A stretch of DNA of 34,718 nucleotides from a virus (IMGVR_UViG_3300037327_000007:1-34718); one strand, 5' to 3'; positions 1 to 8,969 are shown, numbered from the stretch's first letter. Program-made: numbers and translations. Notes: generated by a model not told the origin, from the letters alone.

Positions 1-127
1 TGAAGGGGGTGCGGGTAAATATGAATAAAACCCCCTCACCCCCCTCATCTCCATAGGAGAGGGGGGGGATGGGTTTTAATGAATCCGATGATTTTTTAAG
101 AAAAAATATGTTAGTGACTACTAACTT
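1..127. repeat. 127-bp exact terminal direct repeat (second copy at 34592-34718); most likely a circular-assembly overlap
   Basis: tgaagggggt...gactactaactt is identical at both ends; 127 is a common assembler k-mer size. Confidence 0.9.
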
Positions 128-145
128 AAAAAAGGGAAATTTTAT

Positions 146-349
146 ATGAAGATAAAAAGTGTGAAACAAGGCCATATGTATGAATACAAGGGCAAGCAAG
201 TCATGAGTTTAGAAAATGCGGAAGGAGTAGCTAAAGTGGCCAGAGTGGACACAAAAAGAACCTACCCACTGGGCTATGCTTTCTACGCATGTGTGAATGA
301 CCTTACGCCGCTTCCTATGGCCTATTTTTTCAATGAGATACCTGAGTGA
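146..349 (+). CDS. hypothetical phage protein (67 aa)
   Basis: ATG with AAGGGA upstream; GTGA overlap with the next ORF. Confidence 0.65.
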   Translation: MKIKSVKQGHMYEYKGKQVMSLENAEGVAKVARVDTKRTYPLGYAFYACVNDLTPLPMAYFFNEIPE

Positions 350-555
350 CAGCGATAGATGCTATGGCCGCATATCGCCTTAAATTACTGGCGAATGGCC
401 GGATGCTTGAGGCAAGAGCAGTGGAGCGCTGCATAAAAATAACAAAAGACAAAAAACAAGAAAAAGACGATGCCATTAAAAATTTAGAAGTTCTTTTATT
501 AAAACGAAAAATGATTGATAATCAAGATACACCCCGATTATTCATTGAAACCTAA
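346..555 (+). CDS. hypothetical phage protein (69 aa)
   Basis: GTG start overlapping the previous stop; basic, helical-looking sequence. Confidence 0.55.
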   Translation: MTAIDAMAAYRLKLLANGRMLEARAVERCIKITKDKKQEKDDAIKNLEVLLLKRKMIDNQDTPRLFIET

Positions 556-561
556 TCGATG

Positions 562-659
562 ACTGCGACGGGTAAATCGCAGTGTTTATTCTCCGCCGGG
601 CGCACGGCGGAATTAGGAAGTGACGCAAGGGCAACACTCAGGCCAATTGGCTAGTCCTA
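562..659 (+). promoter_or_regulatory. structured intergenic leader upstream of the late operon (two 7-bp hairpins plus a possible 3-way junction)
   Basis: ACTGCGA/TCGCAGT (562-583), TCCGCCG/CGGCGGA (592-611), and TAGGA...TCCTA enclosing AGTG/CACT and GGCC/GGCT stems. Confidence 0.35.
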
Positions 660-692
660 TGGGTGGTTTCTTAACTTAATAAGGATTTAAAT

Positions 693-788
693 ATGAAAAC
701 ACCAATGCCTAAAATGCCAGCAAAAAAAGCGCCTGCGAAGCCAGGGTACGTTATGCCTTCTAAGGCTCCCATGAAGAAGACAAAATGA
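693..788 (+). CDS. small Lys/Pro/Met-rich basic peptide (31 aa, MKTPMPKMPAKKAPAKPGYVMPSKAPMKKTK); not in the ORF track
   Basis: TAAGGA RBS upstream of ATG 693; ATGA overlap with the next ORF. Confidence 0.65.
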   Translation: MKTPMPKMPAKKAPAKPGYVMPSKAPMKKTK

Positions 789-943
789 AACCCGGTCTAT
801 ACGCTAATATCGCAGCCAAAAAAGAACGCATTGCTGAACAAAAGTCCAGCGGTGCTAAAGTTGAGCGTATGCGCTCTCCTGGCGCTAAAGGTGCTCCGAC
901 CGCTGCAAACTTTAAACAAGCAGCTAAAACAGCTAAGAAATAA
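785..943 (+). CDS. small basic phage protein (52 aa, MKPGLYANIAAKKERIAEQKSSGAKVERMRSPGAKGAPTAANFKQAAKTAKK); not in the ORF track
   Basis: coupled at both ends (ATGA, TAATG); the GLYANI..K and PG.KGAPT pattern resembles small basic proteins I recall near terminase genes of aquatic phages. Confidence 0.8.
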   Translation: MKPGLYANIAAKKERIAEQKSSGAKVERMRSPGAKGAPTAANFKQAAKTAKK

Positions 944-1281
944 TGGAAGATTTAACAATGAACTACGAAATTTTAGAACACAATATTCTTTTTCAAGCAA
1001 AAATAAATGGTCCTATTACTAAAGAATATAATACAGCAGCAATTGAAGGCGCTGTTGAGTTGTTGCAATATCTTAGTGAGATAGGTAATAAGACTTCAAC
1101 AAAAAAGGAAGAAATAGAGTCAGCAGTAGGAGCAACTACTGCTCTATTAATTGTTTATTGTGAATCTAAAGGTTTAAGCCTAACTAAATGTTTGGAAATT
1201 GGTCTTAAGAACATGGAAGAAGCTTTGCATGAAGATATGCCAGAAAGTATGCAAACTCCTAAATCGGAATTAATAAAGTAA
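943..1281 (+). CDS. hypothetical protein, possibly a degenerate MazG-like all-alpha NTP pyrophosphatase fold
   Basis: EEIESAVG....LIVYCESKGLSLTKCLE resembles the phage MazG-like C-terminal helix pattern but lacks the usual acidic residues; AT-rich. Confidence 0.5.
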   Translation: MEDLTMNYEILEHNILFQAKINGPITKEYNTAAIEGAVELLQYLSEIGNKTSTKKEEIESAVGATTALLIVYCESKGLSLTKCLEIGLKNMEEALHEDMPESMQTPKSELIK

Positions 1282-1300
1282 TGAAAGGTTGGAACGGTTA

Positions 1301-1684
1301 ATGGCACTCACAGGTAAACAAGAAGCATTCGCGCAAGGCATGGCGAATGGCGCAACTCAAACCAGCGCTTATCGCAAAGCATACGGCTGTGAAAAGATGC
1401 TGCCTGCAACAATTCAAAACAACGCTTACAAGCTAACAATCCGTAACGACATAAAAACGAGGATTGCCGAACTTCAATCTGCCCTCACTTCAAAATCCCT
1501 TTGGACGCGCGAGAAGAGCGTTCTAGCGCTTGCAATGATTGCGGACAATGGTGAGGGTAGGTCAAGCGATATAGTCGCTGCAATCAAGGAATTAAACGCT
1601 ATGCACGGATTCAACGCTCCGACAAAGCAAGAGCTAACGCACACGTTCCCACGCGCAATTCATGTCGTCGCAGGACGAATTTAG
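1301..1684 (+). CDS. terS: terminase small subunit
   Basis: LTGKQEAFAQ...ATQTSAYRKAY N-terminal HTH pattern; directly upstream of and overlapping TerL (alternative TTG start at 1289). Confidence 0.85.
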   Translation: MALTGKQEAFAQGMANGATQTSAYRKAYGCEKMLPATIQNNAYKLTIRNDIKTRIAELQSALTSKSLWTREKSVLALAMIADNGEGRSSDIVAAIKELNAMHGFNAPTKQELTHTFPRAIHVVAGRI

Positions 1685-2948
1685 CGTTGAGTTTCCGCCT
1701 AAGCTGGCGGAAATGCTATTTAAGCCTAGCCGCTATAAATTCATACGCGGCGGCAGGGGCTCGTCTAAGTCTTGGTCAGTCGCTAGGGCTTTAATCATTA
1801 AAGCCTTTTCAAAGCCAGAGCGTATCCTTTGCACTCGAGAAGTGCAAAAGTCAATCAAGCAATCAGTTCACCAGTTGCTCAAAGACCAAATCGAGCAGCT
1901 AGGACTTCAAAGCTTCTTTACGATATTAGAGAACGAGATTAAAGGCCTCAATGGCTCGGCTTTTTACTTCTCAGGTCTTAGCGACCAGACAACTACTTCT
2001 ATTAAGTCTTTTGAGGGCTGCACTCTGGTTTGGTGCGAAGAAGCGCAAGCAATCTCTAATACGTCCTGGGAAATTCTCAAGCCAACGATTCGCGTTAACA
2101 ATTCGGAAATATGGGTTACTTACAATCCGCAGCTTGACACAGATGCAACTCACATAATGGCAGTAGTTAATCCAGCACCTGACACTTTAAGCATAGAACT
2201 TAACTACGGTGACAACCCTTGGTTCCCTGAAGTGCTAGAGAAAGAGCGACTACACGCAATGGCGACTATGAAGCCAGAGGACTACGCGCATATCTGGGAA
2301 GGCCAATGTAAACCCGCAGTCGAGGGCGCTATTTACTTTGACGCTATGAGCGCGACAATAAGCGGCAATCGCATTAGAGAAGTGCCTCACGATGCGTCAC
2401 TAAAAACTCACGTAGTCTTTGACCTTGGCATGAGTGATGCTATGACGTTAATTTTGGTGCAAAAGGTAGCTTCTGAGATTCGAGTAATTCACTACATCGA
2501 AGGCACTCAGCGTATCCTTGCTGACTACAGTGCAGAGCTTCGAAGCTTAAAGCTTGACGACCAGCCTATGAATTGGGGAAATCTCTACCTGCCTCATGAC
2601 GGCTTTCATGTGCGGCATCAAAGCGGCAAGGATGATGCGTCAATCCTTCGCGGTCTGGGATGGGATGTTCAGCCAGTGCCTAATACTGGCATTAATACTG
2701 GCATTGACCGTGCGCGTGAGATGTTCCCTCGGGTTTACTTCAACAAGGATAGAACTCAGCGTTTGGTAGAATGCTTAAAACGCTATCGCTGGAATATCAA
2801 CAGCAAGACAGGCGAAGCTGTAGCGCCATTGCATGACTCTTTCTCGCACGGTGCAGATGCTTTCAGATACCTTGCATTGACAGAGGGCATGATGTCAAAC
2901 GACACTTACGGGGGTGTCTTGAATTACCCAAAATCTAATAATGCATAG
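1662..2948 (+). CDS. terL: terminase large subunit (PBSX/Terminase_3 type)
   Basis: Walker A GGRGSSKS, Walker B WCEEA, YNP motif, nuclease residues in FDLG, LPHD and SHGADAFRY. Confidence 0.95.
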   Translation: MSSQDEFSVEFPPKLAEMLFKPSRYKFIRGGRGSSKSWSVARALIIKAFSKPERILCTREVQKSIKQSVHQLLKDQIEQLGLQSFFTILENEIKGLNGSAFYFSGLSDQTTTSIKSFEGCTLVWCEEAQAISNTSWEILKPTIRVNNSEIWVTYNPQLDTDATHIMAVVNPAPDTLSIELNYGDNPWFPEVLEKERLHAMATMKPEDYAHIWEGQCKPAVEGAIYFDAMSATISGNRIREVPHDASLKTHVVFDLGMSDAMTLILVQKVASEIRVIHYIEGTQRILADYSAELRSLKLDDQPMNWGNLYLPHDGFHVRHQSGKDDASILRGLGWDVQPVPNTGINTGIDRAREMFPRVYFNKDRTQRLVECLKRYRWNINSKTGEAVAPLHDSFSHGADAFRYLALTEGMMSNDTYGGVLNYPKSNNA

Positions 2949-2954
2949 GTTTAC

Positions 2955-3152
2955 ATGAAACACGATCAAATAGGTGAGTACGAGATACCTGTTGAGGTAT
3001 TAGAAAAAGCTTCCGCTATTAACCATGGCATGGGTATTTCGGACGGCAGAACAAAAGGCGCTAAATACGTAAAGCAATGGTGCTTAAACCAAAATGCTAC
3101 AAAAGAAACCGTAGAAGCGTTAACCCGATACCTAAATAACGAAATTAAATAG
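2955..3152 (+). CDS. hypothetical protein between TerL and portal
   Basis: 65-aa ORF filling the gap, TAGG upstream. Confidence 0.6.
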   Translation: MKHDQIGEYEIPVEVLEKASAINHGMGISDGRTKGAKYVKQWCLNQNATKETVEALTRYLNNEIK

Positions 3153-3163
3153 TCAAGACAAAA

Positions 3164-5638
3164 ATGGCAAAATCAAAACCGCTAACTGAAGAAGAATTAA
3201 AAGCACTTGTTAGCAGCGAGATGCGATCCTCACTCGGCTACACATCGTCAAAGCTAAGTCATAGCCGCGAGAAGGCCATATATTACTATCTTGGCTTGCC
3301 AGTCGGTGACTTGTCAGCGCCAGAGGTCGATGGCCGCTCAAGCGTCATAAGCACTGATGTGCGCGACACCATCGAAGCCATACTGCCTCAGTTAATGGTA
3401 ACGTTTACAGGCTCTGACAAAGTAGCAGAATTTGAGGCTCAAAAGCCCGAGGATGAGGAGAAAGCCCGTCTTGCTACTGAGTACATGAATTATCTTTTCT
3501 TCAAGAAGAACGCTGGCCACAAGCTGTCGCTGACTTGGATGAAAGATGCGCTCATGCAAAAGAATGGCATTGTCAAGGTTTGGTGGGACACTCGGCACGA
3601 GGAAAAGAAGGAAGAATATCGCGCACTGACTGACGTAGAGTTGGCTCAGGTAATGGACGACGAGGAAGTTGAGGTAACAGAGCAGACAGCCTACCCTGAC
3701 GAGAACGACGTTAAACAGCGTGAGCAAGCTATTGCACAGCTTAACGCACAGATGTCTACGGTCATGGAGGCAATGCAGCAGGGCGACCCCAAGGCTCAGC
3801 AAGCACACATGCAGATTGAGCAGCAGATAGCGCAGATTAATGACACACCTCCAGTCATGTTGTACGACATTACTTGCAAGCGCATTAAGACGGAAGGCAA
3901 GATAAGCATTGAGAACGTGCCGCCGGAAGAATTTCTCATCGACCGCCAGGCTAAGAATATTCAAGACGCTAAGTTTGTAGGACACCGCGTACAGCGTACT
4001 GTCTCAGAGCTTAAATCAATGGGTTATAAAAACGTCGATGACATTAGCGGCGAAGACCAGAGCCAAGCTAACAACGCAGAGCGCATACAACGTCTGAGCT
4101 ACAACGATGAAAACGCTTACATGTCAGACGAGATTAATACCTCGGATGAATCGCAGCGCAATATCTGGTTAACTGAATGCTACTTGCGTACTGACTTCGA
4201 CGGCGACGGAATCTCAGAATTGCGCAAAGTGACAATAGCTGGAGACCGCTTGCTTGACAATGAGGAAGTTGATTTCATCCCGTTTGTTAGTATTTGCCCG
4301 ACACCTTTGCCGCATACGTTCTTTGGTCTGTCAATCGCTGACTTGGCAATGGAGAAACAAAAGTCTAAGACCAGTTTGCTACGTGCTATGCACGATAACG
4401 TTTACCTTGAGGCAAACGGTCGTTACTTTGCGCTAGAAGGCCAAGTAAACCTAGACGACTTGATGACCTCGCGCCCAGGCGGTATTGTGCGCATCAAGTC
4501 ACCGGGCGCAGTCGGACGACTTGACCAAGGGGCGACTAACTCGGCCGGCACAATGGCCTTGATGGAGTTTACTACTCAGCAGCTTGAGAACTCTACCGGC
4601 TGGTCGAGGCAAAGCATGGGTAACGATTCGTCTGGCTTGGCGACAACGGCAACAGCAGCCAACATCGTCACTAACAAAGCTGATATGCGCATCGACTTGA
4701 TTGCACGCAACTTTGCTGAGGGCTTTTCTGAACTGTTCTTGTTCATGCTCAAGCTTACGTGCCAGCACCAGAACAAGAAAGTAATCGCCAAGATTGCGGG
4801 CGACTGGAAAGACATTGACCCGCGCGAGTGGCGCAATCAGTTTGATGTCAGCATTAATGTAGGCATTGGCCTTGGCAACAAAGACCAAAAGATTCAGCAA
4901 GCAATGATGCTAATGGCGCAGCAGGAAAAGGTATTCCCACTAGGCGTGTCTAATGCTCAAGTAATTTACCAAGCCAGCACTGAGATGGCGCGCCTACTGG
5001 GTTACAAGAATGCAGAAAAGTTCTTCACTGACCCAAGCAAGCAACCACCACAGCCGCCGCGCCCCGACCCTGAGCAGATTAAGATGCAAGGTGCGATGCA
5101 GCTTGAACAGATGAAGATGCAAGCAGATGCGCAGGGCAAGCAGTTTCAGGCCCAAGCCACTGCCCAAGTTGAGCAAATGAAGTTGCAATTCCAAGCACAA
5201 GCAAACGACGCAGCACGCAATCACGAAGCGCAACTAACTCAACTCAAAATGCAGATGCAGGCTGAGGTTGATAACAATGCGCAGCTAGCGCAGGAACGAC
5301 AACGCACGGTCGAGCAGCAAAACGAAGCGCAACTCAATCAAATGAAGTTTGACGCTGAGCAGGCTAAAACAGTTGTTGAATATGAGCATAAGCTTCGTGA
5401 GCAAGACTTTGCGCGATTTAAAGCCCAACTGGAAGCTGAGACCCGCATTCTTGTTGCTCAGATTGGCGCTGAGAAAGGCGAATCAGCTACCGCTGGCGGT
5501 GCTGAGGAAGTGGGCGAACCCAATATGAACAACGCGCTAGCGCTTGCTATGCAGGGCTTTACGCAGGCCATATCTAATATGAACCAGCCGCGTACTATTG
5601 TTCGTGGGCCTGATGGACGCGCTCAGGGGATTATGTAA
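3164..5638 (+). CDS. portal protein (P22-like, with long Gln-rich C-terminal coiled coil)
   Basis: follows TerL; GRSSVIS.DV.D, GIVKVWW, ENVPPEEF, D.DGDG..E.R and RPGGIVR motifs; 824 aa. Confidence 0.92.
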   Translation: MAKSKPLTEEELKALVSSEMRSSLGYTSSKLSHSREKAIYYYLGLPVGDLSAPEVDGRSSVISTDVRDTIEAILPQLMVTFTGSDKVAEFEAQKPEDEEKARLATEYMNYLFFKKNAGHKLSLTWMKDALMQKNGIVKVWWDTRHEEKKEEYRALTDVELAQVMDDEEVEVTEQTAYPDENDVKQREQAIAQLNAQMSTVMEAMQQGDPKAQQAHMQIEQQIAQINDTPPVMLYDITCKRIKTEGKISIENVPPEEFLIDRQAKNIQDAKFVGHRVQRTVSELKSMGYKNVDDISGEDQSQANNAERIQRLSYNDENAYMSDEINTSDESQRNIWLTECYLRTDFDGDGISELRKVTIAGDRLLDNEEVDFIPFVSICPTPLPHTFFGLSIADLAMEKQKSKTSLLRAMHDNVYLEANGRYFALEGQVNLDDLMTSRPGGIVRIKSPGAVGRLDQGATNSAGTMALMEFTTQQLENSTGWSRQSMGNDSSGLATTATAANIVTNKADMRIDLIARNFAEGFSELFLFMLKLTCQHQNKKVIAKIAGDWKDIDPREWRNQFDVSINVGIGLGNKDQKIQQAMMLMAQQEKVFPLGVSNAQVIYQASTEMARLLGYKNAEKFFTDPSKQPPQPPRPDPEQIKMQGAMQLEQMKMQADAQGKQFQAQATAQVEQMKLQFQAQANDAARNHEAQLTQLKMQMQAEVDNNAQLAQERQRTVEQQNEAQLNQMKFDAEQAKTVVEYEHKLREQDFARFKAQLEAETRILVAQIGAEKGESATAGGAEEVGEPNMNNALALAMQGFTQAISNMNQPRTIVRGPDGRAQGIM

Positions 5639-5916
5639 TGGCAGTTACAACTAGCATAATTAATTTTGGCCCGGTTAGTGCTAGACGAGCTACGTCTTTT
5701 GTAGACGTAGATATTGTTGACAATATTAATGAATCTAGTTACCTTGAAGCATTCTCAATGGTAGAGTCCACAGACGATCACAAAGCAGATGTATCTCGTT
5801 TATGCACGATAGAATACATTGCACAATATCTTTCCCCGACAAAAGTACGAATATTCGGAACTGTTACTCGGGGTCACACTTATGGCGACAGAAAAGTAAG
5901 GTTGGTAACATTATGA
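5638..5916 (+). CDS. hypothetical protein (92 aa)
   Basis: TAATG-coupled to the portal gene; ATGA-coupled to the next gene. Confidence 0.7.
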   Translation: MAVTTSIINFGPVSARRATSFVDVDIVDNINESSYLEAFSMVESTDDHKADVSRLCTIEYIAQYLSPTKVRIFGTVTRGHTYGDRKVRLVTL

Positions 5917-6836
5917 GCGTAGACATAATTTCAGGTAGCGGGACATCATTGTTATCAATTGACTCGTTTAGCAACGCCGCCCGTGTCACGCAATACGACA
6001 GCGCAGGGGTTGAAGTTACTCCGTCAGTCCCCGTCAGCCTCGCGGTGTCGAACGTAACAGTGGTCAATAATGATTTGATCGCCTCATTTGACGCATCCGC
6101 CTTTAAATTTATCTCGATGCAACTTACTGGCACATGGTCGGGCTCAGTTCAATTCCAAGGGTCAAATGACAATGGCACTTTTGTACCAATTGTTGTCCAG
6201 AAATTAGGCGTTGTTCTCGACCCGTACGCCTTGAATGAGATTGAAAACGGCGTTATCAAGATTCCAGTTATGTACAAATTCCTGCGTGTGCGGGTAACGG
6301 CTTACACTTCTGGCACCGTTGAAGGTTTTGCGTTCGGGTTTAAAGAATCGAACGACACTGGGCAGATTTCAGCAACTGGCACAATTAATGTTGCGGCTGG
6401 GCAAACAATTAACGTTGGTAACTTTCCTGCTGCCACTTCTATACCAACAGGGAACAACACAATAGGCACTGTAAAAGTAATTGGTGCAAATACTAGCGGC
6501 GTACAGTATCAAAAATTTATTTCTGCTGTCGGAGTTAACTCTACATTAGTAAAAGCAACTCCAGCAAACCTGAATATTTTACATATAGTAAATGGCGCTG
6601 CAACACTACGTTACTTTAAGCTTTATAACAAAGCTTCTGCCCCCACAGTTGGTGTTGACGTTCCTTTAATAACTATAACGCTACCCACTGGTTCTAGTAA
6701 CTTTACATTGCCTGCATTAGTTGGTATTGATTTCTCAATCGGTTTAAGTTTTGCGGTTACTTTAGGCGTATCAGATGCAGACTCAACACCCTTTACTGTA
6801 GTCGGTGAAGTTACAGCAATGATTGCTTACATTTAA
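5913..6836 (+). CDS. beta-rich two-domain putative virion/decoration protein (about 307 aa)
   Basis: likely start is ATG 5913 (ATGA overlap); Ser/Thr/Gly/Val-rich with GTWSGSVQFQGSND...LRVRVTAYTSG and LVKATPA...YFKLYNKASAP.VG modules. Confidence 0.7.
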   Translation: MSVDIISGSGTSLLSIDSFSNAARVTQYDSAGVEVTPSVPVSLAVSNVTVVNNDLIASFDASAFKFISMQLTGTWSGSVQFQGSNDNGTFVPIVVQKLGVVLDPYALNEIENGVIKIPVMYKFLRVRVTAYTSGTVEGFAFGFKESNDTGQISATGTINVAAGQTINVGNFPAATSIPTGNNTIGTVKVIGANTSGVQYQKFISAVGVNSTLVKATPANLNILHIVNGAATLRYFKLYNKASAPTVGVDVPLITITLPTGSSNFTLPALVGIDFSIGLSFAVTLGVSDADSTPFTVVGEVTAMIAYI

Positions 6837-7151
6837 ATGTCTTTACTTTTAGCCTTTCAAGTTGTTAAGAAAGGCGCTAGCTACGAGACTAAGAAAAAGT
6901 ATGTAGTAAAAGCTGGCAATAAGCTATTAACGTTTTACACCGCGCAAGCTGCAATCGATGCGCTGGATAAAACGCTGATGGTGAAACCTAAGCCGGTCGA
7001 GCAAGTTGTGCCGCTATCTAATATAAAAGCGCTAATTGCAAAGCAAAGTTATATAGACTTTTTGAAAGCAAAAGAGTACGATAAAATGCTATCAATGTAT
7101 TTAGATGCTCAGGACGAGCAAGACATTGAAGACTTACTATTAATGGCGTAA
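6837..7151 (+). CDS. hypothetical protein with acidic D-E-D-E-LL C-terminus
   Basis: abuts both neighbouring ORFs; ends DEQDIEDLLLMA. Confidence 0.7.
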   Translation: MSLLLAFQVVKKGASYETKKKYVVKAGNKLLTFYTAQAAIDALDKTLMVKPKPVEQVVPLSNIKALIAKQSYIDFLKAKEYDKMLSMYLDAQDEQDIEDLLLMA

Positions 7152-7430
7152 ATGACTGACACACAAATTTATGATGCAAATCGCTGCGCTGAGGTTTTAG
7201 ACAATGAAGCTTTTATCGCAGTGTTTAATGACATCGAACAAGAGGTAACGGAACAATGGAAGAATTCACCAGCCCGCGACGAGGAAGGCCGCCAAAAACT
7301 TTGGGTCTATCTAACAGTGCTTCGGAAGGTCAAAGCGCAACTAACGCAGACTTTCGAGAACGGCAAGATGGCGCAGATCGAATTGGAGCACAAGAGGACG
7401 CTCTTGGATCGGATTGGGAAGCGTTGGTAG
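7152..7430 (+). CDS. conserved small head-region protein
   Basis: W..SPARD.EGR.KLW pattern; position between portal and scaffold. Confidence 0.8.
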   Translation: MTDTQIYDANRCAEVLDNEAFIAVFNDIEQEVTEQWKNSPARDEEGRQKLWVYLTVLRKVKAQLTQTFENGKMAQIELEHKRTLLDRIGKRW

Positions 7431-7588
7431 AAGCGCTTAAATCTAATCGCAGTCACAAGCGTAGTGTAGCTATGGCTTATCACCCAAAACCAGTGGATAA
7501 TTGGGTGTCAACTGTAACAGGATGGGTGCGTGTAACTGTCGGCGAAACCGGTTACACTTTAAACACTGGCGAGACAGTAAGAATATGA
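7256..7588 (+). CDS. hypothetical protein overlapping the previous gene, with an AT-hook-like PRRGRPPK (true start could be later, near 7424)
   Basis: AGAGGT 9 nt upstream of ATG 7256; its stop overlaps the next ATG. Confidence 0.5.
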   Translation: MEEFTSPRRGRPPKTLGLSNSASEGQSATNADFRERQDGADRIGAQEDALGSDWEALVEALKSNRSHKRSVAMAYHPKPVDNWVSTVTGWVRVTVGETGYTLNTGETVRI

Positions 7589-7917
7589 AAATCGTAAACC
7601 TGAAACAATTTTTAGAGTTGCCAGACAATGTGCTTTATGCAAAATATGAGCCTTGTTTTTTTGGGCATTTAGAAATAAAAGTTGAATCCCTAGAAAATGA
7701 TTTTGTTTCACAAGCAATCGCCGATTCTGTGTTGGCGCATGATAGCGAAGAATTCTCTAATGCTTTAGAAAATTCTTTAGTAAACGGCACTACTGTCGCA
7801 ATGGATTTTAATAATCCTAGCCGGGATGGTTGTTTTGAAGACGATCAATTGTTTGCGGTTTACGATAAAGAAGATGTTTTTCTGCTGATTGAGAGATTGA
7901 AAAGCTGTATTGAGTAA
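7585..7917 (+). CDS. acidic hypothetical phage protein (about 110 aa), AT-rich
   Basis: likely start is ATG 7585 (ATGA overlap), MKIVNLKQFLELP... Confidence 0.7.
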   Translation: MKIVNLKQFLELPDNVLYAKYEPCFFGHLEIKVESLENDFVSQAIADSVLAHDSEEFSNALENSLVNGTTVAMDFNNPSRDGCFEDDQLFAVYDKEDVFLLIERLKSCIE

Positions 7918-7957
7918 GTTAGCGTAACGGCCCCGCGCTTTGATTGGGGCTAGCATC

Positions 7958-7969
7958 CGTCGCGAGACG
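7958..7969 (+). promoter_or_regulatory. GNRA-tetraloop hairpin motif 1 (CGTC-GCGA-GACG) before the scaffold gene
   Basis: one of three related hairpins upstream of head genes. Confidence 0.5.
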
Positions 7970-7987
7970 CTGCAAGAAAGTAACAAC

Positions 7988-8944
7988 ATGGATAATCCTT
8001 CATCGGAACCCAGCGCACTAAACGTAAACACTGGCGCTGAGGCTTTTGCTAGTTTTTTGGAGCCTTCAGAGCCGGTAGAAAAGACAGCAGAGGCTGTAGA
8101 AGCCGAAGTCGTAGATGAACTACGTCAAGACCTTGACAATGCCGAACCAGAAGCCTTAGATGCCGAATCCGTCGATGCAGGTGATGACAACATCACCATC
8201 CGGGTAGATGGAAAAGACGTTGTACTAAGCAAAGCCGAACTGGCTGACAATTACAAAAATGGTCTGCGACAAGCAGATTACACTAAAAAGACTATGGCTA
8301 CGGCTGAAGCGCTAAAGAGCGCAGAAGCTGAGACAGTCAAAGCACAGCAAGACCGCCAAAACTACGCAAACAACTTGCAGCGCATGGCAGCGCAGCTAGA
8401 AGGCGGTTTGCAGCAACAGCAAAACATTGATTGGAACGCACTCTTAGAAGCAGACCCGGTCGAGTTCATGCGACAACAGCACCTCCAGAATCAGAGGCAA
8501 GCAGCGTATCGTGAGAACATGGGCCAGCAGCAGCAACTAAAAGCGCAATATGACGCTGAACAGGCAACTAGCCAGCGGTCTTTTTTATCGGCGCAGCAAG
8601 ATGAACTTCTTGCCAAGCTTCCCGATTGGAAAGACCCGACGAAAGCCACAGAAGGCAAAGCAGCGCTCAAAAGTTACTTGATTAATCAAGGCTTCAACGA
8701 GCAAAACATTGACAACATTCAAGACCACAAAGCCGTCCTTCTTGGCCGTAAAGCAATGCTCTACGATCAAATGATGGACAAAGCACGGGCAGCATCCAAG
8801 AAAGTTCAGACCCTCCCTAATCGGGTGGTACGTCCGGGCGTCACGGGTAACGCTAGTACTGATGGTAGGAATTCGGCAATGCAAAAGCTTAACAAGACAG
8901 GCAAAGTAGAAGACGCAGCGGCAGCGTTTGCGAGCTTTATTTAA
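7988..8944 (+). CDS. capsid scaffolding protein
   Basis: acidic N-terminus, IRVDGKDVV.S..EL...Y.....DYTKKT motif, coiled coil, directly upstream of the capsid gene; likely start is ATG 7988. Confidence 0.88.
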   Translation: MDNPSSEPSALNVNTGAEAFASFLEPSEPVEKTAEAVEAEVVDELRQDLDNAEPEALDAESVDAGDDNITIRVDGKDVVLSKAELADNYKNGLRQADYTKKTMATAEALKSAEAETVKAQQDRQNYANNLQRMAAQLEGGLQQQQNIDWNALLEADPVEFMRQQHLQNQRQAAYRENMGQQQQLKAQYDAEQATSQRSFLSAQQDELLAKLPDWKDPTKATEGKAALKSYLINQGFNEQNIDNIQDHKAVLLGRKAMLYDQMMDKARAASKKVQTLPNRVVRPGVTGNASTDGRNSAMQKLNKTGKVEDAAAAFASFI

Positions 8945-8955
8945 ATTAATCTAAT

Positions 8956-8969
8956 GCGTCGAGAGACGC
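8956..8969 (+). promoter_or_regulatory. GNRA-tetraloop hairpin motif 2 (GCGTC-GAGA-GACGC) before the major capsid gene
   Basis: perfect 5-bp stem ending 12 nt before the ATG. Confidence 0.55.

Noticed and set aside
1-127. 127-bp repeat as a biological direct terminal repeat
   Set aside because: The length matches a common assembler k-mer and the break falls inside the putative origin, so a circular-contig overlap is more likely. Read-end data would be needed to decide.
831-1022. ORF-track 63-aa (+) and 67-aa (-) ORFs near 800-1020
   Set aside because: The region is better explained by the coupled 785-943 and 943-1281 genes.
935-1290. Possible fourth repeat-flanked cassette around ORF 943-1281
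   Set aside because: The flanks share only a weak AT-rich resemblance around TAATG, which is not distinguishable from chance.
3392-5233. Long antisense ORFs within the portal gene (similar ones in the capsid, holin, helicase and primase genes)
   Set aside because: No recognisable motifs or RBS; expected shadows of codon bias.
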